Assembly: GCA_965263355.1 (NCBI GenBank)
Contig: CBDHHL010000032.1
Coordinates: 384,001-448,000, forward strand
Direction of reading: 5' to 3'
Origin: Leptolyngbyaceae cyanobacterium
Lineage (GTDB): Bacteria; Cyanobacteriota; Cyanobacteriia; Phormidesmidales; Phormidesmidaceae
Length of the DNA stretch: 64,000 bases
The translations under genes were made by a program, and so were the position numbers. The first letter of the stretch is position 1, and each line of letters starts with the position of its first letter. The notes beneath the pieces were generated by a model, which was given only the letters and a program-made list of their open reading frames with translations, ran no database searches and was not told where the DNA came from. Below are positions 1-10,884 of the stretch, one piece after another.

Positions 1-2
1 TA

Positions 3-2105
3 CGTCTAGAAGGTATTTATAATGAGTCTAGACTGCGATTTACTCGACCACGCAATTGGTCAGTGAAGTCTGTAAAAATTCTGTTACGTTATCGCCATTC
101 TGGGGCTCTCTACGCTACTCGCTCTAATCTAAACGTTATTGTTAATGACAATAATGTCGGTAGTGTACCGCTGAACCTAAAGCAAGGTGATGTTGGCACG
201 ATTGTTTTTGATATCCCTACACGTATTCTCAAAGACTATAACGAGCTGATTATTGCTGGTTTACAGAACAATTCACCTACCTGTACTCAAGATCCATTTG
301 ATCCATCCCTTTGGACAGAAATATTGCCAGATTCAAAACTGGTATTCAACTATGATGCTGAGCCTTTTCAGCTAGATTTCAACAGCTATCCCTATCCATT
401 AATCGATGTACTCAGTCTAGAGACAAATCACATTGATTATGTTGTTCCTGATGATCAAGATCAGGCTTGGTTAACAGCGATTGCTCGGCTACAAACATCT
501 TTAGGTCGAATTGCTGATTATCGTCCTCTGGAGACAGATCTAGTCGAAAAACTAGATGATATCGCTGATGGTAACCGAGTAGTGGTAGTTGGAACGCCAA
601 TTCAGCAGCCGATGTTAGAAAAATTAGAGCTGCCTCTGACGCTTAAAAATAAGCGATGGTTAGATGACAAGCAGACATTGATTTCTTCTGATACTGGTAT
701 TTTGATGTGGACTGTGCTTGAAGATAAACAGTCTCCTGTATTAGTAGCGACAGGGAATGGACCCTCAGCAGTGGCTAAGGCTGTACAGTTTTTAACCCAA
801 TCTCAGGATCGCAAGATTGGTGCTGGTCAAGTTGTTCTAGTGAATGATTTAGAAACAATTGAATCACCCGATCTTCGTGATTGGCCGCGTTATTTACCGT
901 TATCCGATAACTTTGAACTAGGAGATCTCACTGGATTTAACAACGAACCGATTGAGGATGTGGTGATTCGGGGTGCCCATGCACCACCGTTTGAGTTTGA
1001 CTTTAAGGCGCTGCCAGATGATCGTTTTCTGCCTGGAAATGTGATGTCTCTGCGCTATACCTATGGTCCTCAGGTAAACCCGCTTACCTCTCTTGTTGAA
1101 GTGCAGCTTGATGGAATTACAGTAGCGGGTCGGAGACTTGATTCAATTGATGGTAAACGTCGCGCAACGCTAAAAGTTGAGCTGCCAGAGCAGCACATTA
1201 CCCCCCAGTCACGACTAAAAGTTTATTTGAGATTTGATCCACGGGAACGTCGTTCCTGTAGTCGAGTGACCGATCACCAGTTGTGGGGGACCATTCATAG
1301 TGATAGTTCCTTTAATTTGAATCGCCAACAGGTGGCGAAGTTGCCGGATCTAAATCTACTCAAAGCAGGTTATCCATTTGCGTCACCTCAAGATCTGTCT
1401 CGTACTGCTATTGTTGTTCCTAACAAGCCTAGTATGACTGAGTTGTCAGTTATGCTGGAATTGAGTGAACGGCTAGGACGGTTGAGTCGTTCGGAGGCAG
1501 TCCAGGTTGAGGTTTATCCAGTCAATCAATTGACGCCAGAAGTTCAGGAATCACAACATCTGGTGGCGATTGGTTTAAGAGCACAATTCCCCCTACCTGA
1601 AGCCCTGGAGGCTGCTGAGTTTAATCTCAAGGATGGAGTTCGCCAATGGGGAGATAGTGAGGTACAAACCTTACCTGATGCTGAAGGTATTCTCCAGCAG
1701 CAGTTGTCTCCTTGGAACGATACGCGAGTTCTGCTGACTATGACTGCCCAAAACGATGATGGGTTAATGCAGATACGTGATCTCCTAGAACTGGATTCTT
1801 TATTTTTCCAGTTGCAGGGTGATACAGCATTGATTAGTACCAATGATGAAACGCTGTCTCCCTATGATGAAAATGCTTACAATTTAGAATTCTTACAACG
1901 CTCTGCCCAACGGGATGTTCAAGAGGAAAGTACATTTCAAAAAGTGATTACGGTAATCCAAGGCAATTGGTTTCTCTTGATTCCTGGCATCATTGTGCTG
2001 TCATTATTGCTCTATGGGGTTATCCAGGCTTATTTAAAGCGTAGTGAAACGCTGACAGCTTCACCCGGTGTTATGACCGATCCATCTGCGCCAGGAGAAT
2101 TTTAA
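3..2105 (+). CDS. bcsB: Cellulose synthase regulator BcsB-like protein (5'-truncated by window edge)
   Basis: Frame is open from position 3 (RLEGIYNESRLRFTRPRNWSV...). Two repeated CBD/flavodoxin-like modules with paired Cys, a C-terminal TM helix, and position directly upstream of a cellulose synthase. Confidence 0.85.
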   Translation, partial: RLEGIYNESRLRFTRPRNWSVKSVKILLRYRHSGALYATRSNLNVIVNDNNVGSVPLNLKQGDVGTIVFDIPTRILKDYNELIIAGLQNNSPTCTQDPFDPSLWTEILPDSKLVFNYDAEPFQLDFNSYPYPLIDVLSLETNHIDYVVPDDQDQAWLTAIARLQTSLGRIADYRPLETDLVEKLDDIADGNRVVVVGTPIQQPMLEKLELPLTLKNKRWLDDKQTLISSDTGILMWTVLEDKQSPVLVATGNGPSAVAKAVQFLTQSQDRKIGAGQVVLVNDLETIESPDLRDWPRYLPLSDNFELGDLTGFNNEPIEDVVIRGAHAPPFEFDFKALPDDRFLPGNVMSLRYTYGPQVNPLTSLVEVQLDGITVAGRRLDSIDGKRRATLKVELPEQHITPQSRLKVYLRFDPRERRSCSRVTDHQLWGTIHSDSSFNLNRQQVAKLPDLNLLKAGYPFASPQDLSRTAIVVPNKPSMTELSVMLELSERLGRLSRSEAVQVEVYPVNQLTPEVQESQHLVAIGLRAQFPLPEALEAAEFNLKDGVRQWGDSEVQTLPDAEGILQQQLSPWNDTRVLLTMTAQNDDGLMQIRDLLELDSLFFQLQGDTALISTNDETLSPYDENAYNLEFLQRSAQRDVQEESTFQKVITVIQGNWFLLIPGIIVLSLLLYGVIQAYLKRSETLTASPGVMTDPSAPGEF

Positions 2106-2107
2106 CC

Positions 2108-4774
2108 ATGGCTGAAAGATTATTGCTTTCCCATCGCTTGAAAGATTTTAGGCAGGGAGTTGAAACCTTTTTCTCAAGACAAGTTCGACCGCTACTGATT
2201 GAACTTTTAATTATCACGATTCCAGATTGGTTTGACCTTAGTTTACAGTGGCTCAACAAACAGCAGTTGTTGGTGTTGGCGTTGTGTCTAACTATGTTTG
2301 CTTGGCCAATCATGACGGCACGACCGACAATTTTGCAACAGGGTCTAGTGGCGTTAGCTCTCCTTGGGTTTGGGCAAATTCTGTTGCGATTAGAGGATAG
2401 ACAGACGAGCCAGCGTGTCAGTGAATATTTGCATTTACTGTTGGTGGCTGTCAGTACAATTACAACATTACGTTATTTGTACTATCGTTCCAACTATACG
2501 CTGAACTTAGATTCTTGGTTGGATGGCTTTTTCTCAATTTTGCTGTTTGTGGCAGAGCTATATGCGATCGCTACATTACTACTTTCTTATTTTCAGACCC
2601 TAAGGATTCGTGATCGAAAATTCATTCCTCTGCAAACTTGGCCCCAAGTAGATTGGCCCAAAGTAGACATCTATATTCCTACTTATAACGAAGATGTCTC
2701 TATTGTACGTAAAACTGTGCTGGGGGCCTTAAATATAGATTATCCAGAGCATAAAAAAGTTGTCTACGTCTTAGACGATGGTCGTGCCGAAAAATATCGA
2801 GAGCGTCGCCTTGCCCTTAGGGCCATGTGTGAAGAACTGGGATGTACGATGCTCACCCGTGACAATAATGATCATGCCAAAGCTGGCAACATTAATACAG
2901 CTCTAGACAAAACGGATGGTCAACTAGTGCTTATCCTAGACTGTGATCACATACCAGTTCGGGGGTTTTTACAAGAGACAGTAGGTTTCTTCTTTGATAA
3001 ACAGGTAGCCTTAGTACAAACCCCCCACTGGTTCTATAATCCGGATCCGTTTGAGCGAAATTTAATGACCCAAGGGCAGATACCTGTTGGTAATGAGCTT
3101 TTCTATAAAGTATTACAAAAGGGGAATGACTTTTGGAATGCAGCCTTTTTCTGTGGATCGGCGGCGGTGATTCGTCGCCAATATCTACTTGATATTGGTG
3201 GAATTGCGACAGAAACTGTAACTGAAGACTGCCATACGTCATTGCGACTGCATTCTTTAGGGTATCGGACTGTCTACTATGACAAAATTATGGTCGCTGG
3301 TCTGGCCCCTGAGAAATTTTCCTCCTATGTAGGTCAGCAGGTACGTTGGGCTAGGGGAATGGCTCAAATCCTACGGATTGAAAATCCTCTATTTAATCGA
3401 AAACTTAATCTGCGTTTATCTCAGAGACTTTGTTATTTCAGTGCTACCTCCCACTTCTTCTTTGGTTTTCCTCGGTTGATGTATGCCATTGCACCTAACC
3501 TGTTTTTGCTATTTGGGATTAACCCGGTAAAAGGTTTGGGTATTGAGACACTGTTTTATGCATTGCCGCATATCGTATTATCAATGCACGCTAATCACGT
3601 TTCCTATAAACATGTACGATTTTCTTTCTGGAATGAGATTTATGAATTTGCCATGTCATTCCAGGCAGGTATCGTGACATTGCTAGCGTTGATCAATCCA
3701 AACTTAGGATCCTTTAACGTCACAGATAAAGGAGTTTCAGTAGAGTCCCGTAGTTTTGATATCGATAGTGTGCGCTATCTTGTTGTTTTAGGCGCTATTA
3801 CAGCTGCGTCATTACTGACAGTACCTATATGGTTGATTTTGAGTCCTTTGGATACTCAGGCAGTCCTGATTAATACCCTATGGTGTGTGTTTAATCTGGC
3901 CCTGGTAATGGCTGCCTGTCTAGTAGCGTTTGAGCAACCTCAACTGCGTCAGTCCCATCGATTGCCACGGGAGCTAATTGCTCGGGTTTATAGCGATGAT
4001 GGTCAAGTTTGGGAAGGGACAACCATTGATGTCAGTGAAACGGGGGCCCAAATCTTGCTAGATATATGGCCTAACGTTTCTGATCGGGTGCAAATAGAGC
4101 TGTTTGGTGATTACGGTGCGATCGCATTATTGGAGGCAGAAATTATTAGAGCTAGTGCGACAGATTCACTGCAGACAAAGTTAGCCACTAATTTCATTAA
4201 TATGACTCAGGCTCAGCAGGATGACCTAGCCACTGTTATTTTCTCAGATGTACGTAAATGGTATTCCCAAACTCGTGAGCATGTTGATAATCCATGGCGT
4301 TCACTTAGCTTTATTTTAATGAGCTTGAAACGAGCATTCCAAGAGTTGAGTCCAGCCAACAACGTTAAGATGCGTAAACAAGTAGAAGTTATGAGTGATA
4401 TTAGATGGAAGGGCTGGGGTAGCTATGTTCAAGCGGCCATGATTACTGAGCTGGGTTCAAGGGATATGCGCCTAGAGTTATTGGGTGATGCTAGTACGGC
4501 AGCCATAGCGCTTCAGGATAATCAACCTCTATTACACCTGCAAGTTTATCCTCAAGTTGATAGCGCCCACTCTTACGACTTGATGGCTCAAGTCGAACGT
4601 CTTGAACTGGTGCCTAAACTGTCAACTACTTATAATAGTGCGAATTCAACGGTGGCTGTTGGCAACCCTGACCAGTTATCAGACTATCGTGTGGCATTGG
4701 AATTATCCTTTCCTATGTCCCTAGATCATCATCAGCAGAATCAGATTAAAACATTACTGAGACAAGTTATTTAG
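2108..4774 (+). CDS. bcsA: Cellulose synthase catalytic subunit (GT2 + PilZ)
   Basis: DDG, HAKAGN, DCD, QTPH, FFCGS, TED and QQVRW motifs. PilZ motifs RQSHR and DVSETG. Multiple TM segments. Confidence 0.93.
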   Translation: MAERLLLSHRLKDFRQGVETFFSRQVRPLLIELLIITIPDWFDLSLQWLNKQQLLVLALCLTMFAWPIMTARPTILQQGLVALALLGFGQILLRLEDRQTSQRVSEYLHLLLVAVSTITTLRYLYYRSNYTLNLDSWLDGFFSILLFVAELYAIATLLLSYFQTLRIRDRKFIPLQTWPQVDWPKVDIYIPTYNEDVSIVRKTVLGALNIDYPEHKKVVYVLDDGRAEKYRERRLALRAMCEELGCTMLTRDNNDHAKAGNINTALDKTDGQLVLILDCDHIPVRGFLQETVGFFFDKQVALVQTPHWFYNPDPFERNLMTQGQIPVGNELFYKVLQKGNDFWNAAFFCGSAAVIRRQYLLDIGGIATETVTEDCHTSLRLHSLGYRTVYYDKIMVAGLAPEKFSSYVGQQVRWARGMAQILRIENPLFNRKLNLRLSQRLCYFSATSHFFFGFPRLMYAIAPNLFLLFGINPVKGLGIETLFYALPHIVLSMHANHVSYKHVRFSFWNEIYEFAMSFQAGIVTLLALINPNLGSFNVTDKGVSVESRSFDIDSVRYLVVLGAITAASLLTVPIWLILSPLDTQAVLINTLWCVFNLALVMAACLVAFEQPQLRQSHRLPRELIARVYSDDGQVWEGTTIDVSETGAQILLDIWPNVSDRVQIELFGDYGAIALLEAEIIRASATDSLQTKLATNFINMTQAQQDDLATVIFSDVRKWYSQTREHVDNPWRSLSFILMSLKRAFQELSPANNVKMRKQVEVMSDIRWKGWGSYVQAAMITELGSRDMRLELLGDASTAAIALQDNQPLLHLQVYPQVDSAHSYDLMAQVERLELVPKLSTTYNSANSTVAVGNPDQLSDYRVALELSFPMSLDHHQQNQIKTLLRQVI

Positions 4775-5342
4775 AATGATTTATGAAGATATTTGGCCAC
4801 TCAATATCTAAGCCTTTAAACACATTTAACTGCTTCAAAATTGGACTTGAGAAAGCTGATTGCAAAGGTGTCACCATTTGATCATGGTCCGTGGTGCTAG
4901 AAATTGGGGAATGATGAGTTTATGGCTGAGTCTTAATTTTTTACCAAGACTTTAATTTTGGGATAGGTGATTTTACTGGTATTCTCAGACTGGGGAGGTG
5001 TAGAAACTTAAGGTGTCTTATCTTGAAAGCGTTTTGTGTGGTTAACTCTTTTAGATTGATTAAATTTTTGATGAATGTTTAATTGGAGTCGTCATTTTCC
5101 CAATTGGATAGTCCGGACTGAGGGGGTAATCGTAGAATTTCTTCATAGTGAAGATGTCGCATAAATTTATTTCTATTCCTGCATAGAACTATTTTCAGAT
5201 GGAAGAAACCATTTGTATGGTTATTGAGTCGAGAGTTTATATATCTATTCATGGCCGTGTGTAATAAGGGTATTTCCTATCACCTTGGTCTATTTCGCCC
5301 CAAAGGGTTTTAGCTTTTTGCTGTATCGTTAAACATCCAGTT

Positions 5343-6464
5343 ATGAACAGTCGTTCGATTGTGGGTTATGGTGCAACCCAGAAGTTACATCCTCTAAGCT
5401 TTTTAGCTCAGCTGATCAGTCGTCAGGTGAGTGGTCACTTCAAGTTGTACTCGGGGACTAACTCATGGTCGCTTTTTCTGAAGCAAGGCAAGCTCAATTT
5501 TGCTACTGATACAGATTCGCCATTTGATCGCTTAGATCGCCATCTTCAGGACTTGAGTAATGAAGTTTCGGGTCTGGTGGGTGCTGTTCGCGTTCAGCTC
5601 CGGTTGATGTTTGAGCAGTCGCCTAAGCAAGCTCCTCTGACTCCGGATTATCAAGCTATTAGTTGGTTGGTTGAGCAGTCTCATCTGACACCGGATCAAG
5701 CTAGCGGTTTGATTCGGTCCATGGCAATTGAGGTTATAGAGTCATTTTTAGGCGTACAGGAAGGCAGTTACGACTTGCTAGGGTTAGATGACATTGGCGA
5801 GTATCCAGTCCTTTGCCAGCTAGACCTACGCCCTATTGTTGAAATTTGTCAGCGCAATCGACGCCAGAGTTTGCTTGCATCTCCTTCATCCCTTGGTAAT
5901 AGTGGTGTGTCCGTAATGCAGAGGCAGATGCCTGCTGCTGCACCGAGTTCCTTAACGTCTGTTCCGACGTCTAATAATAATAGGCTGGCAAAATCTGAAC
6001 TGACGTCTCAGGGAACTGCTAGTATGGCGTCTCAACCGAATGTTAGCTCTACTAACATGTCAGCGTCTCCTGATATTAGTAGAGCTGTTTATACGATCGC
6101 ATGTATTGATGACAGCCCAACGGTATTAAATGCTATTCAAGAATTTTTGAATGATAAAAGCTTAAATGTTGTACCGATTAATGACCCCGTCAAGGCATTG
6201 ATGCAAGTTATGCGTTGTCGACCAGATTTAATTTTATTGGATGTCACTATGCCAAATTTGGATGGTTATGAGCTGTGCTCCCTTTTACGTAGGCATCCAA
6301 GTTTTAGAAATACACCTATTGTTATGGTGACTGGTAATACGGGATTTATTGATCGAGCAAAAGCTAAGTTAGTTCGTTCCTCTGGTTATTTGACTAAGCC
6401 TTTTAGTCAGTCAGAGCTCTTAAAAATGGTGTTTATGCATTTACCGGCTGTAAGGCCTAGATAA
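5343..6464 (+). CDS. PatA-type response regulator (PATAN + receiver; PixG/PilG-like)
   Basis: N-terminal PATAN-like domain, S/P-rich linker, C-terminal receiver (CIDDS, LLDVTMP, TKPF). First gene of a che-like cluster. Confidence 0.88.
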   Translation: MNSRSIVGYGATQKLHPLSFLAQLISRQVSGHFKLYSGTNSWSLFLKQGKLNFATDTDSPFDRLDRHLQDLSNEVSGLVGAVRVQLRLMFEQSPKQAPLTPDYQAISWLVEQSHLTPDQASGLIRSMAIEVIESFLGVQEGSYDLLGLDDIGEYPVLCQLDLRPIVEICQRNRRQSLLASPSSLGNSGVSVMQRQMPAAAPSSLTSVPTSNNNRLAKSELTSQGTASMASQPNVSSTNMSASPDISRAVYTIACIDDSPTVLNAIQEFLNDKSLNVVPINDPVKALMQVMRCRPDLILLDVTMPNLDGYELCSLLRRHPSFRNTPIVMVTGNTGFIDRAKAKLVRSSGYLTKPFSQSELLKMVFMHLPAVRPR

Positions 6465-6569
6465 CGGTGAGTTCAATAATGCATTTGTTTTGGATTACTC
6501 AGATTTTTAATAGTTAGTATTATTAACTGAGGCTAGTTGGACACACATTTAGGGAATGGCAAACAGAGT

Positions 6570-6944
6570 ATGACAGTAATTCAAACGGCTACGGTGCTAA
6601 TTGTTGAAGACACTCCTTCTGAACGAGAATTAATTAGTCATTATCTGCAGGAGGAGGGCTACAGGGTTATTCACGCTGTAACTGCGCAAGAAGGATTTGC
6701 CAAGGCGATCTCTAGTCAGCCCAATGTAATTGTTACGGATGTAGTCATGCCTGGAATGAGTGGTTTTGAACTCTGCCGTAGCTTAAAGCGTGCGCCTGAA
6801 ACTGAGAAAGTCCCTGTAGTTATATGCTCATCTAAGGATCAAGCCATTGATCGCCTATGGGGAATGCGGCAGGGCGCAGATGCTTACCTAACTAAGCCAT
6901 TTGACCGAGAGGAATTACTAAAGGTAGTTAAGTCGGTATTGTAA
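6570..6944 (+). CDS. CheY-like single-domain response regulator (PixH/PilH-like)
   Basis: VED, TDVVMPGMSG, WGMRQGADAYLTKPF. ATG at 6570 preferred over the in-frame TTG at 6537. Confidence 0.9.
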   Translation: MTVIQTATVLIVEDTPSERELISHYLQEEGYRVIHAVTAQEGFAKAISSQPNVIVTDVVMPGMSGFELCRSLKRAPETEKVPVVICSSKDQAIDRLWGMRQGADAYLTKPFDREELLKVVKSVL

Positions 6945-6986
6945 TTTTCTTTAGTGCGATCGCATGCTGTTCATGAGGTCATCATT

Positions 6987-7475
6987 TTGTCTGTTCTATC
7001 TTTAAAGAAAGACAGCCCTAAGCTGGCAAAATCGTTTCTGAAATTTCAGTTGGCCCCTAATGTTGTGGCTATGTTGCCTGCGCTGACTGTACAAGAAGCT
7101 ACCGTGTTGCCAACACGTCGGGTGATGGCTATGCCAAATATGCCGGCAGCTTTGTTAGGGTTGATCAATCGTCGTGGACGAGTATTTTGGGTAGCTAACT
7201 TAGTGCGTTTATTAGGGCTGCCTATTCCTGACCGCCTTAGCCAAGAATATAGCTTGATTATTGTCCAAGGGCGCTCAACTACTCCTCTTGCGCTACAAGT
7301 AGAAGCCATTGACGGTATGGTGAGCTTTCCCCCTGAAGCCATTCATCCGCCACCGAATAATGTTAGCAATATAATTCTGCCTTACTTAGCGGGCTGTATT
7401 ACCCACGGTAACGAGACTATTTTTATATTAGACGTTGAAGCGCTTTTACAATCTCCAGTACTACAAACGGATTAA
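6987..7475 (+). CDS. cheW: CheW-like coupling protein (PixI/PilI-like)
   Basis: MPNMP..LLGLINRRGRVFWVANL CheW signature. TTG at 6987 follows GAGG (6975-6978); the ORF track starts at 6954. Confidence 0.88.
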   Translation: MSVLSLKKDSPKLAKSFLKFQLAPNVVAMLPALTVQEATVLPTRRVMAMPNMPAALLGLINRRGRVFWVANLVRLLGLPIPDRLSQEYSLIIVQGRSTTPLALQVEAIDGMVSFPPEAIHPPPNNVSNIILPYLAGCITHGNETIFILDVEALLQSPVLQTD

Positions 7476-7587
7476 GCCCTCCAGTCATCAACTGAAATAG
7501 CCATTAGCTTTTTGTTGATAATTTATATTTATTTGCTCTAATCGTTCCACAAATTGTTATCGAAACGCTATCTAAAGGAAAAATCTT

Positions 7588-10500
7588 ATGGCGATGGATG
7601 TTGATACAAATTCAAACGCTGATCCAAACTCTGAGATGGATTCGGCGGAAGGTATTTTTACTCAAGAAGACAGTTCTGAAGATGATCGGGTATTGGAAGG
7701 TGCTGTAGTGAAATCTGTAGGCAATGTTCAGGATAATAGCGACGGGTTAGAAAATGAAAGGGGACAAAATCCCAATCTAGAGCTAGCTGATCAGTTGAAA
7801 GAAATTGCTACGGTCAGTCGTCAAAATGTTTCAACTGCGATTCCAACCAATTCCGGGTCAGACGGTCAGTCTGGTCCGATTTTATCTTATCGGGGCGTTA
7901 AATATGCTCAAGGTGAGCGACGCTATGCTCCTGAAAAGCTAACTATTTCTAGTAGGCATGCGTTATTACAGTGGTTTTATGACTTACCTGTTAGTAGTAA
8001 GCAATTAATTGGTTTAATCTCCTCAGAGGTGATTTCGGTTATTGGTTTGGTGGGAGCTGGTTCATTATTAATTATTGGGGGTGCTCGTCAGCAACTATTA
8101 AAACAGGCCGAAGCTGAGTTATCAGTCACTGATATTCAGTACAACATCAAAGTAAACCAAATGGGATTTGGTTTTCGTGGTCAGTCAGAGAATACAGCCA
8201 TCGTAGATTTGGCTGAGGGAGTTGCTAATAATGCTGATGTTACTAGCGCTCAACAGGCCGTCGTTCGTGAGATTTTGCAAGGGGAAATTGAGGCTCGAGA
8301 CATTGAGTACTCTACACTTGTTGGTGTTGACAGCAAAATAATATCTAATGCCCAGACTGATCGAACCGGGGAAGAGTTTGATCCCTATGGTTTAGTTTCT
8401 CGTGTTGTTAATGAACGTAAGCAGCTAAAAGTTAATGGCTTAGTTGACCTTAGTGAGTTGCAACGCCAAGGAGTTGAACTGTCCACTGATGGAGACAAAG
8501 CACTTATTCGCTATGTGGCAACTCCGGTATTTTCTCAAGGAAGAACTGATCGATTGATCGGGGTTTTAATTGCTGGCGATGTTGTCAACGGTAAAACAGA
8601 CATTGTTGAAAGTAGTGTAAACGCATTTGGTACTGGCTATAGTGCAATCTATTTCAGTAATGATACTGAGAACTTTCAACTAGCTGCCTCTGCCGATTTA
8701 GACGAGGGCGCGGATGAAATTGAAATTGGTGAAGAAGTTTACGATCAGGCGTTGCTCAACGTTGCCATACAAAACCAAGGGGACGTTGTTTCTCAACGTC
8801 TTGTGGAAAGTGACGGCGATGCTTATGCCATGTCTGCAAAAACCTTAGAAGATATCAACGGTGAGCCGATTGGAGTTTTAATTCGCGGCACCTCGGAAGC
8901 AAAACTCCAGCAATTAGTTAACAGAAGTTTGCAGATTCAGTTTCTAATTGCGCTGTTGGCTATTATCGCTGATATCTTTTTAGCACAGTTACTAGGGCGT
9001 TCAATTGCTAGCCCAATTAAACGTCTCCAGCAAGCGACTGAAGCTTTTGCTGGAGGCGATCGTCAAGTGAAGGCCGATGTCTTTGCCAGGGATGAAGTAG
9101 GCCAGCTGGCAACCGCCTTTAATGATCTGACTAGTACAGTTGTTCTATCTGAGGGGACACTGATCGATCAAGCAAGTGTCCAGACTTTGGCAGCTCAGCG
9201 AGCTAACCAGTTGGCTAGTTTGACTAGCGATTTGCGTAAAAACAACATTGATGAAGAAAGCCTATATAGTATAGCTGTTAATGGTGTTCGTAAGGCTATA
9301 GAGGCAGATCGCGTCATCATGTATCGCTTTAATGATGATTGGAGTGGTCAAATTATCTCTGAGTCTGTTGGTATGGGTTGGCCTACTGCGTTAGGTGCTA
9401 ATATCACTGACCCTTGTTTTGTAACTGGATATGTTGAACAATATCGTCGAGGGCGTGTACAGGCAACCAACAACATCTTTAAAGCTGGTTTGACCGAATG
9501 TCATCTTGGTCAATTGAAGCCCTTTGAGGTTAAAGCTAACCTCGTTGCTCCCATTTTAGAAAGTGATAATTTAATGGGGTTATTAGTTGCTCATCAATGT
9601 TCCAGCGCTAGAGATTGGAGCGAATTAGATATTAGTTTCTTTAAGCAAGCTGCTTTACAGGTTGGGTTATCTGTCGAGCAAATTAATTTGTTTAACCAGA
9701 AGAAACAAGCACAATTGGAAGCAGAGGCTTTATCTGAAGAACGGCGACAGCGTCAAGAGACTCTGCAAATGGAATTATTAGGTCTCTTAGATGATGTCGA
9801 AGGTGCTGCAAGGGGTGATTTGACCGTACGGGCTGATGTCTCAGCTGGTGAGATTGGTACGGTTGCCGATTTCTTTAATGCCATTATCGAGAGTTTGCGA
9901 CAAATTGTGACCCAGGTGAAAACCTCAGCAGTACAGGTAAATGCATCCTTAGGGTCTAACGAAGTTGCGATGAGTGCCCTGGCTGAAGACGCATTAAAGC
10001 AAGCGGAACGTACGACTCAGACATTAGATTCTGTAGAGGTCATGACCATGGCCATCACCCAAGCAGCTGATCGGGCTCAACAAGCTGCTGTAGTAGCTCG
10101 TGAGGCTTCACAAACCGCTGAGGTTGGTGGTGTTGCTATGGATTTGACAGTACAGAACATTTTGGAACTTAGAGCAACCGTTGGTGAAACGGCTAAGAAA
10201 GTGAAACGCTTGGGTGAGTCTTCTCAGCAAATTTCTAAGGTTGTTTCGCTGATTAATCAAATTGCTACTCAGACGAATTTACTGGCCATCAATGCTGGTA
10301 TTGAGGCAGCTCGTGCTGGGGAAGAAGGCCAAGGTTTTGCCGCTGTTGCTGAAGAGGTTGGTGAGCTAGCAGCTCGTTCAGCTGCTGCAACTCAAGATAT
10401 TGAGCGAATTGTCGATAGTATTCAGCGAGAGACCGCTGATGTAGTAGATGCTATCGAAAGTAGTACGTCTCAGGTGGTTGAAGGCACCCGTCGTGTGGAT

Positions 10501-10779
10501 GAGGCAAAGCAGAGTCTGGCTCGTATGGTAGAAGTGTCTCAGCAGATTGATGCGCTAGTACAGACAATCTCTGCGGCTACGGTTTCTCAGGTTGAAACAG
10601 CCGCCAATGTATCCACATTGATGCAGGAAATTTCATTGGTGTCTGAACGTACATCGACATCTTCTAGGACGGTTTCGGAAGCATTACAGCAGACTGTGGC
10701 AGTGGCTAAGGAACTTGAGATATCGATGGCTGCTTTTAAGGTGGAAGATAACAGTCCTTCTGCACCTCAGGGGCTGTAA
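7588..10779 (+). CDS. Methyl-accepting chemotaxis protein with periplasmic sensor, HAMP and a cyanobacteriochrome GAF domain (PixJ-like photoreceptor)
   Basis: Two TM helices around a large periplasmic domain, HAMP ([11 protein letters not shown]), GAF with DPCF and ECH bilin-binding motifs, MCP hairpin ([30 protein letters not shown]). Confidence 0.9.
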   Translation: MAMDVDTNSNADPNSEMDSAEGIFTQEDSSEDDRVLEGAVVKSVGNVQDNSDGLENERGQNPNLELADQLKEIATVSRQNVSTAIPTNSGSDGQSGPILSYRGVKYAQGERRYAPEKLTISSRHALLQWFYDLPVSSKQLIGLISSEVISVIGLVGAGSLLIIGGARQQLLKQAEAELSVTDIQYNIKVNQMGFGFRGQSENTAIVDLAEGVANNADVTSAQQAVVREILQGEIEARDIEYSTLVGVDSKIISNAQTDRTGEEFDPYGLVSRVVNERKQLKVNGLVDLSELQRQGVELSTDGDKALIRYVATPVFSQGRTDRLIGVLIAGDVVNGKTDIVESSVNAFGTGYSAIYFSNDTENFQLAASADLDEGADEIEIGEEVYDQALLNVAIQNQGDVVSQRLVESDGDAYAMSAKTLEDINGEPIGVLIRGTSEAKLQQLVNRSLQIQFLIALLAIIADIFLAQLLGRSIASPIKRLQQATEAFAGGDRQVKADVFARDEVGQLATAFNDLTSTVVLSEGTLIDQASVQTLAAQRANQLASLTSDLRKNNIDEESLYSIAVNGVRKAIEADRVIMYRFNDDWSGQIISESVGMGWPTALGANITDPCFVTGYVEQYRRGRVQATNNIFKAGLTECHLGQLKPFEVKANLVAPILESDNLMGLLVAHQCSSARDWSELDISFFKQAALQVGLSVEQINLFNQKKQAQLEAEALSEERRQRQETLQMELLGLLDDVEGAARGDLTVRADVSAGEIGTVADFFNAIIESLRQIVTQVKTSAVQVNASLGSNEVAMSALAEDALKQAERTTQTLDSVEVMTMAITQAADRAQQAAVVAREASQTAEVGGVAMDLTVQNILELRATVGETAKKVKRLGESSQQISKVVSLINQIATQTNLLAINAGIEAARAGEEGQGFAAVAEEVGELAARSAAATQDIERIVDSIQRETADVVDAIESSTSQVVEGTRRVDEAKQSLARMVEVSQQIDALVQTISAATVSQVETAANVSTLMQEISLVSERTSTSSRTVSEALQQTVAVAKELEISMAAFKVEDNSPSAPQGL

Positions 10780-10884
10780 ATTGTATGTTGTTGGTTGGCA
10801 GTGTAGAGCGCACATAGGCCTAGGCTTTTATAGCATTGATCGAGAGGCAGTCACATAAGGCAGGTATCCAATAGGTGCAACATC

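Noticed and set aside
4775..5342. GGGAAT/GGGTAA SigF-like promoter motifs before the taxis operon (near 4908 and 5124)
   Set aside because: Too short to distinguish from chance without TSS data.
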